Positions 58,063 to 64,000 of a DNA stretch of 64,000 bases are shown one piece after another; position 1 is the stretch's first letter; each line of letters opens with the position of its first letter. The notes below the pieces were generated by a model. That model saw only the letters and a program-made list of their open reading frames with translations, was not told the origin of the DNA and searched no databases. This DNA comes from Eledone cirrhosa (taxonomy: Eukaryota): positions 292,640,001-292,704,000 of the forward strand of contig OZ024741.1 in NCBI GenBank assembly GCA_964016885.1. The letters are read 5' to 3'. Made by a program: the position numbers and the translations under genes.

Positions 58063-60043
58063 GAGTGAAATTATGTTGATAGAAATTAATTGGTGCCCCA
58101 TCAGATAGATTGAACCTGTAATTTAAAGGGTTTGCCTAGTCACACACAGTTGCAATGAATCCCCCTTGAGATTTATGTTAAGAACTCAACTCTCTGTGGA
58201 ATATTCAGCCAGTTATATGTTAATTTTATGAGCAAGATGTTCATTTAGAACATTAATTGTCAAGACCTAGGTAATTCATTCCATACCTTAAAGTACATTG
58301 ATGTGGTAGAAAAAGTGCATATTGAGTGTAGCTCTATACTTTAAAGTTGTGAGTATTCAGTAATCTGATTAGAAATACTTTCAAGAGTTAATCATAAATT
58401 TCAACCAAGAAATCACTGAATTCCGGTTCTAATTTTAGCCAAGAATTGTTACAGAAATGTTATTTCAAGTTGAAAGTGATAATACATACGTTTAACAGAT
58501 GATATGTCCATTATCCACTGTCCACCTAAGTTTGCTGCTCATTCAATGCCATTCTCTTTCTGTGAATTGTAATGTCAGAATTTCTTTTTTTCTTTTTTAC
58601 TTATTTCTGTAAACTTCAACCTTTGCCAGCCTTGAAGAACTAATGTTAAACTGACAATGATAGTGATGATGATGTTGATAGCAATGACAATGGAAAGATT
58701 TCACCAGATTCAATTCAATCTTTTGTCATTTGGCCAGAGTTTAAATACCTTTCATTGAAAGTAGGAAGTCTGTTCGGTGATAATTTGAAAGTGATTAGGA
58801 TTAATTATGGAATAATGAAGGAGCAGAGAGTCTTTTAATAAGTGTTATGGTTGATGACAGGAAGAAGGTTGGAAATTTAAATGACTTTTATGAAAGCTAG
58901 CACACATGGCTATGAGGCAAAATTTGTTCTGAGCTATTATTGAATGGTATGACAAAAACAGTAGAATGCTAGACCAATTGCTCTGTACTGTTTAGTTTTG
59001 TCACTTTTACAAATCCCACTGAGACTGACATTGCCTTACTTACTTCTTTAAACCATTTCTGACCATATTTGCAATAAAATATATAGTCCATATGTTTCTA
59101 TTAATTTCAGAATTAATAAACAATTTGATAGCATTTAGGAAAATAACTATTTTTGATGTCTATTAACATTTATGATACCAAACTACCTGAAACTGTCATG
59201 GAGTCTATGATTCAAAATTGTTTGTTTTAAAGTGTATATATGTATTTTAAAACTTTTTATCAAAAATCTGTGTAAGAATCGTTGTTAGGCTATGTTCTAA
59301 ATTCTGCCAAAAAAACAAAATTGCTTTTATTACTGAATCCCTCAAACTCCTTGATCATTTTCCAAAGGATTTGAAAATCATAGATAGTGTCTTTCATTAG
59401 AAATATGGAAGAGGTAGGGTTAAACACGATTTGTTGTTAATTTAAAGTTTAAATGAGAATTACTCTGACAATTTCATCAAATTTAATCTCATTTGGTCAG
59501 AGGGTAAACATCTTACATCAAATGGAACAAATAAATAATTAGAAATCTATTTGATTTAATTAAAGGAGGAAAAAATCTGAAAGCATTTTAAGATGGGAAC
59601 ATGATTTCAAAGCTAGAAACTTTCTGATTTTTCTTTTCCTTAACGCTTTTAATACAAAACCACCTAAAATTGTCCTTTATTCTATGATACAGAAGTGTTT
59701 ATTTTCAAGTCTTTACACATATGAACATTTCTTAAGCTATGGTCCAAACACCAACTTAATATTTTGAAAATTAATTATATTTTTAAACTGCTAGGAGTTG
59801 CAAGCAGGAGATGTTATCAGCTATGGAAAGACCAATGAAAACAATGTTTCCTTGCTCCAATTTTACAAGTTCCACCTCACATGGTAAGCGAGTGAGGTTT
59901 AGGGTCTTGTGGATCAAACTCTATATATTACTAAATTCCTCCATACTTTTTATTATTTTCAAATTTATTTCAAAACTATAGGGTGTCTTTCATTAAAAAT
60001 ATTATAATGGATAGGCTAACAGTTTAACATTGATTTTTCCCCC

Positions 60044-60091
60044 TCTGTTAGCTCAGCTAAGTCAGTAGAGCATAAGACTCTTTATCTTATG
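60044..60091 (+). pseudogene. tRNA-Lys(CTT)-derived 5' fragment
   Basis: tagctcag..tcagtagagcataagactctttatct resembles the D arm and anticodon arm of tRNA-Lys; no T arm. Confidence 0.5.
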
Positions 60092-60709
60092 CTTATGCTA
60101 AGTGAATGTTACTTTAAATTTTGTCTCCAGGAGGATAACAACATGATGAAACTCAAGCCACTATCAATAAATCAGATGAAGGACCTACTATAAGATGCAG
60201 CCTGATACAAAGACTATATGGTCTTTTAAAGTGGGCAGCAGATTAGATCAACCACATATTTTGAGTGGAAATCTCACTTGGGTAAATTTGTGATATTTCT
60301 TCCAGACTTTTGTGTTTTGAATTGAAACCCACCATCATTTGAATTCAGAACACAAAAATCTGAAAGAAATATCACAAAGCATCTCATCCAATGCTCTAAA
60401 GATTCCATCACTTCACTCACCTAGACTGCTACTTTATTTTCTCCAGAAGAATGAAAGACTAAATTTAGCTCAGTGAGATTTCCACTCAAAATGCAAGGGA
60501 TCAAAACAAATATTTCAAGACATACACTCTGCCAATCTGCTGTTCTAGTTAGGTCCTCTAGTTTATCAACCCTGGAATGATGAAAGCTGAAGTTATGTTA
60601 GCATGATTTGAACAGGGGCAATGTCTTCTCAATCCTGCCAGCCGGGATCATGTGGTGGATGACATATTAGGGTAGGAGTAGAGTGGTAGTCTTTAGATGA
60701 AAGGGTTAA

Positions 60710-60815
60710 TAATTGTTTCTACTTTTGGCACAAGGCCAGCAATTACCCAGTACATTACTGGTACTTTATTTTATCGACCCGTAAGGATGAAAGGCAAAGT
60801 TAACCTCAACGGGAT
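60710..60815 (-). mobile_element. 5'-truncated young SINE family 1
   Basis: Near-identical to reverse complement of 48178-48277. Confidence 0.8.
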
Positions 60816-63196
60816 AATGCTGACACACATTCACACACACAGACACAATAGATATATATATATTAGTTAACTAGAGTTAGAACACAGATAAAAAGCAGGA
60901 TTATTTGAACACTTAACATAAAAGAGCTGAATAAATACTGCAAAGTTGACCTCAGCAAGATTTACACTGAGAATGTAAAGCTTAAATCATGTACTATTGA
61001 CTGACCCTGCCAGTGTCATGGCCATAAAGCTAAAATTGTTTGTTTCTTTATATTATTGAAGAAGAATATAAGAGAACAAGACTTGAAGGCAAATGTTGAT
61101 GATGATTTAATCTTAATATCCTCCTGGGCATTTTGTTATTTGGCCAGAGTTTAAGAAAAAAAAAACAAGATATAAAATACATGTTTTTACCTAATATAGG
61201 AAGTAAATATTTAAATAGCAATTAGTATAAATTAAGACATAATGAAGAAACTAAAAGAACTTGAGAAATGTATTTCAGTTTATGAAGGAAAATCAGTTTA
61301 TTGGAAATTAGTGACATTTAGACAAGAAGTAGACAGGAAACAACAACAAGGATAATGATGATAGTGATAATGGAAACAATAACAGAATTAATAATAATGA
61401 TAATAAAAATAAGAAGAATAAGAAAAAAAATAATAATCATAAGAGAAATATTGATAATAATAAGAGAAATATTTATAATAAAGATGGTGCTGAAGCTCAC
61501 AGAGGAGATGAAAAATGAAAGCAATAAGTGGAGTGATATTGTGCTGAAAAGTACCTGTCCAACCCATGTGAATATGGAAAAGCAGATGTAAAATGCTGTT
61601 GCTGCTGATGCTGATGCTAACAAATAATATAACAAAAATGACAAAAATCTATAGTCAACTTAGAATTAATAATGATAATAATAATACTAATAATTATAAT
61701 GATAATAATAACAACAATAATCATGAGAGAAATATGGAGGTTGATAATAGATTTAATAGTTGAAAGGGATTTTATAATTTTTTCATTTTATAGTGGTTCT
61801 TTATATAAGCTTATCTCTGACCTAAGTTTAACTTGATTTCAACTTTTATCTGATCGTTTTTTCATGTGACTCTAAAACACACACACACACATGTACATAT
61901 GAATTTACATATTTGTAAGTATGGTTGTATATATGTGTGTGTGTGTGTGTGTATATATATGTATATGTGTGTGTATGTGTGTGTGTATATAAATATATAT
62001 ATATATATATATACAATCATACACACATATATATACACACACATTCATAGACACACACATATGTGTGTATGTTACAGTCATTTTAATTATTTTCTATTTT
62101 ATCTTTCCTTTAATCGTCTGTTTGAATTCAGAACTGGTTTGAAGACATATAAAAATGTAGCAATAATAACAAAACATAAATAACAAAACAATAAAAACGA
62201 TAAAATAAAAAATTAAAATTTATGTAGAAAATAAAAATAAACAACAAAATGTTATATGAGCGATTAGGAAAGATTGATAACAAAAATATATTTTTTATTT
62301 TTCTGCCTCTCTCCTATTTCTCGCCACCTCTCTCAATAACTTTTATTATTTATTTCATTGTACCTGTTTCATTTTCACTTTTTATGACTTTTAACTTTCA
62401 TTTTTGTTTTCTTTCTTTCTCCTCTTTTTCTCGTTTTCTTTTAATCTCTTTCACATCTTTCTTTCTTTTTTTCATTCTCTCTTTTGCATTCACTTTATTA
62501 TTCGCTCTTATTTCTACTCTTTCATTGTTTTTCTTCATTTCCTTCTATCTCACCCTATCTATTTCTACTTTCTCTGCTTATTCATTCTTTCTTTCCATTT
62601 CATTATTCTTTCTCTCCTTCTTTTTCTTTCTCTAAAGCCATTTAAACTTTGATAACTTTTGATGGTCTGAAAGCCATTATCAATCAATCTTCTATCACTC
62701 ACTTGATTATATTGGCTTAAAAGTTGGAATCGTATATATATATATGTTAATATAAGTGTGTGTATGTGTAAATATATTTATCACATAAAAGGGCTCTTTC
62801 TTTGAATACCTGACTTTTATTTTACAGTCTCTAAAATCTAATGTGAACATGTTTTTGAAAGCCAGCTCACCTTGCAATGGTGGACAAAATTACCATTTTC
62901 TATATCTAACATTTTGCAATATTCTTTGTTTAATGTATTTTCTCTAATTTTAGATATAAATTTCATAACATAATGTAAGTTTAAGTTTTTTTCTACATGA
63001 CGACACTTGGTATATAAGGCAGTGATGTTTTAGAATGATTACAATAGTTTTTAAGCAAAGATGTCTCAATAGTTTTATCAATCAACAACAGAGGCCCATC
63101 CATAATATACTAATGAGTTTACTGAAATTTGCTTGTAGATTCTACAATCTCAAATTAACTTTGTTAATAAATCTTATTATTTATTTTTCTTGTAAT

Positions 63197-63378
63197 GGTG
63201 GATTGGCAGTATCGGTAGAAGGTCGGACGCCATGCTTTCCAGCATAGTTACGTCCCTTTACGATCTGAGTTCAAATCCCACCAAGGTTGACTTTGCCTTT
63301 CATCCTTACGGGGTCGATAAAATAAAGTACCAGTAATGCACTGGGTAATTTGCTGGCCTTGTGCCTAAAGTAGAAACA
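63197..63378 (+). mobile_element. Young SINE family 1 with 21 bp TSD
   Basis: TSD attatttatttttcttgtaat at 63176-63196 and 63379-63399; A and B boxes intact. Confidence 0.9.
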
Positions 63379-64000
63379 ATTATTTATTTTTCTTGTAATT
63401 TTCTGTTATGTTCCACAAGTTCTTCAGAAAAGAGAAAGAAAGGAATTGACTGACACAATCTCGGACCTCATTCACGTAGCAAATACAGTAGAGCTTGTCA
63501 AATCTGACTAAGGAAACGATGTTTCCATTGGTCTTTCCATTGCTAATACTATTAACTGTTCACAACGCCTGTCATAAGGAGCAATACAAAATAAACTGTC
63601 TTGCTCAAGAATCGAACTCCCAACCTCAAGAATCGAACTCCCAACCTCATGACTACAAATCGAATTCTTTAACCACAAAATCATGTGAAGATTCAAAAAT
63701 TGTCATCAATTTATCTTATGAAAATGCTATGTCACATATGTTGCCAGATGAGTCAAAAACTAGAAAAAATAATGTACAGTGATACATTACAAAAGAGAGT
63801 TCTTCAGGACAGATCACAGATTTTGATGGCAATTTCATCTACTTTTTGTTAGATAATTTTATTGCCTGTACAACTTACAGGAACTAACATGGCTTTGTGG
63901 TTAATGCTTTAGAATTAGGATCTTAATGTTTTGTATTTGATTCCTGGATTGGCAGCCTATTATTCTCATGAGAATCCTGTTCATTTCACCTTGATGTTGA

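Noticed and set aside
60044-60091. Functional tRNA-Lys gene
   Set aside because: Insertion in the D arm; T arm and 3' acceptor strand missing

Overview
AT-rich, microsatellite-dense animal genomic DNA with no recognisable intact host protein-coding gene. The RTE LINEs with (CAT)n tails, the tRNA-derived SINEs and the huge (TA)n load suggest a cephalopod such as Octopus (inference). The window holds a near-complete Penelope-like retroelement (PLE; RT plus GIY-YIG) at 4.8-11 kb in a tandem-plus-inverted arrangement, and three fragments of a second GIY-YIG PLE family. It also has several RTE LINE copies, one CR1-type fragment and many SINEs. Most ORFs in the supplied track are simple-repeat or antisense artefacts. 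The main hidden signal is about 15 type-I hammerhead ribozyme (HHR) motifs, found by eye, from at least four sequence families. They sit in PLE 3' ends and in short fold-back elements inserted in (TA)n tracts. Five to six unrelated families share one asymmetric architecture: one arm keeps a 50-110 nt terminal tail, and the inverted arm stops short at an internal site, usually an ATAT motif that runs into the target microsatellite. Coordinates were read by hand and may be off by a few bases.
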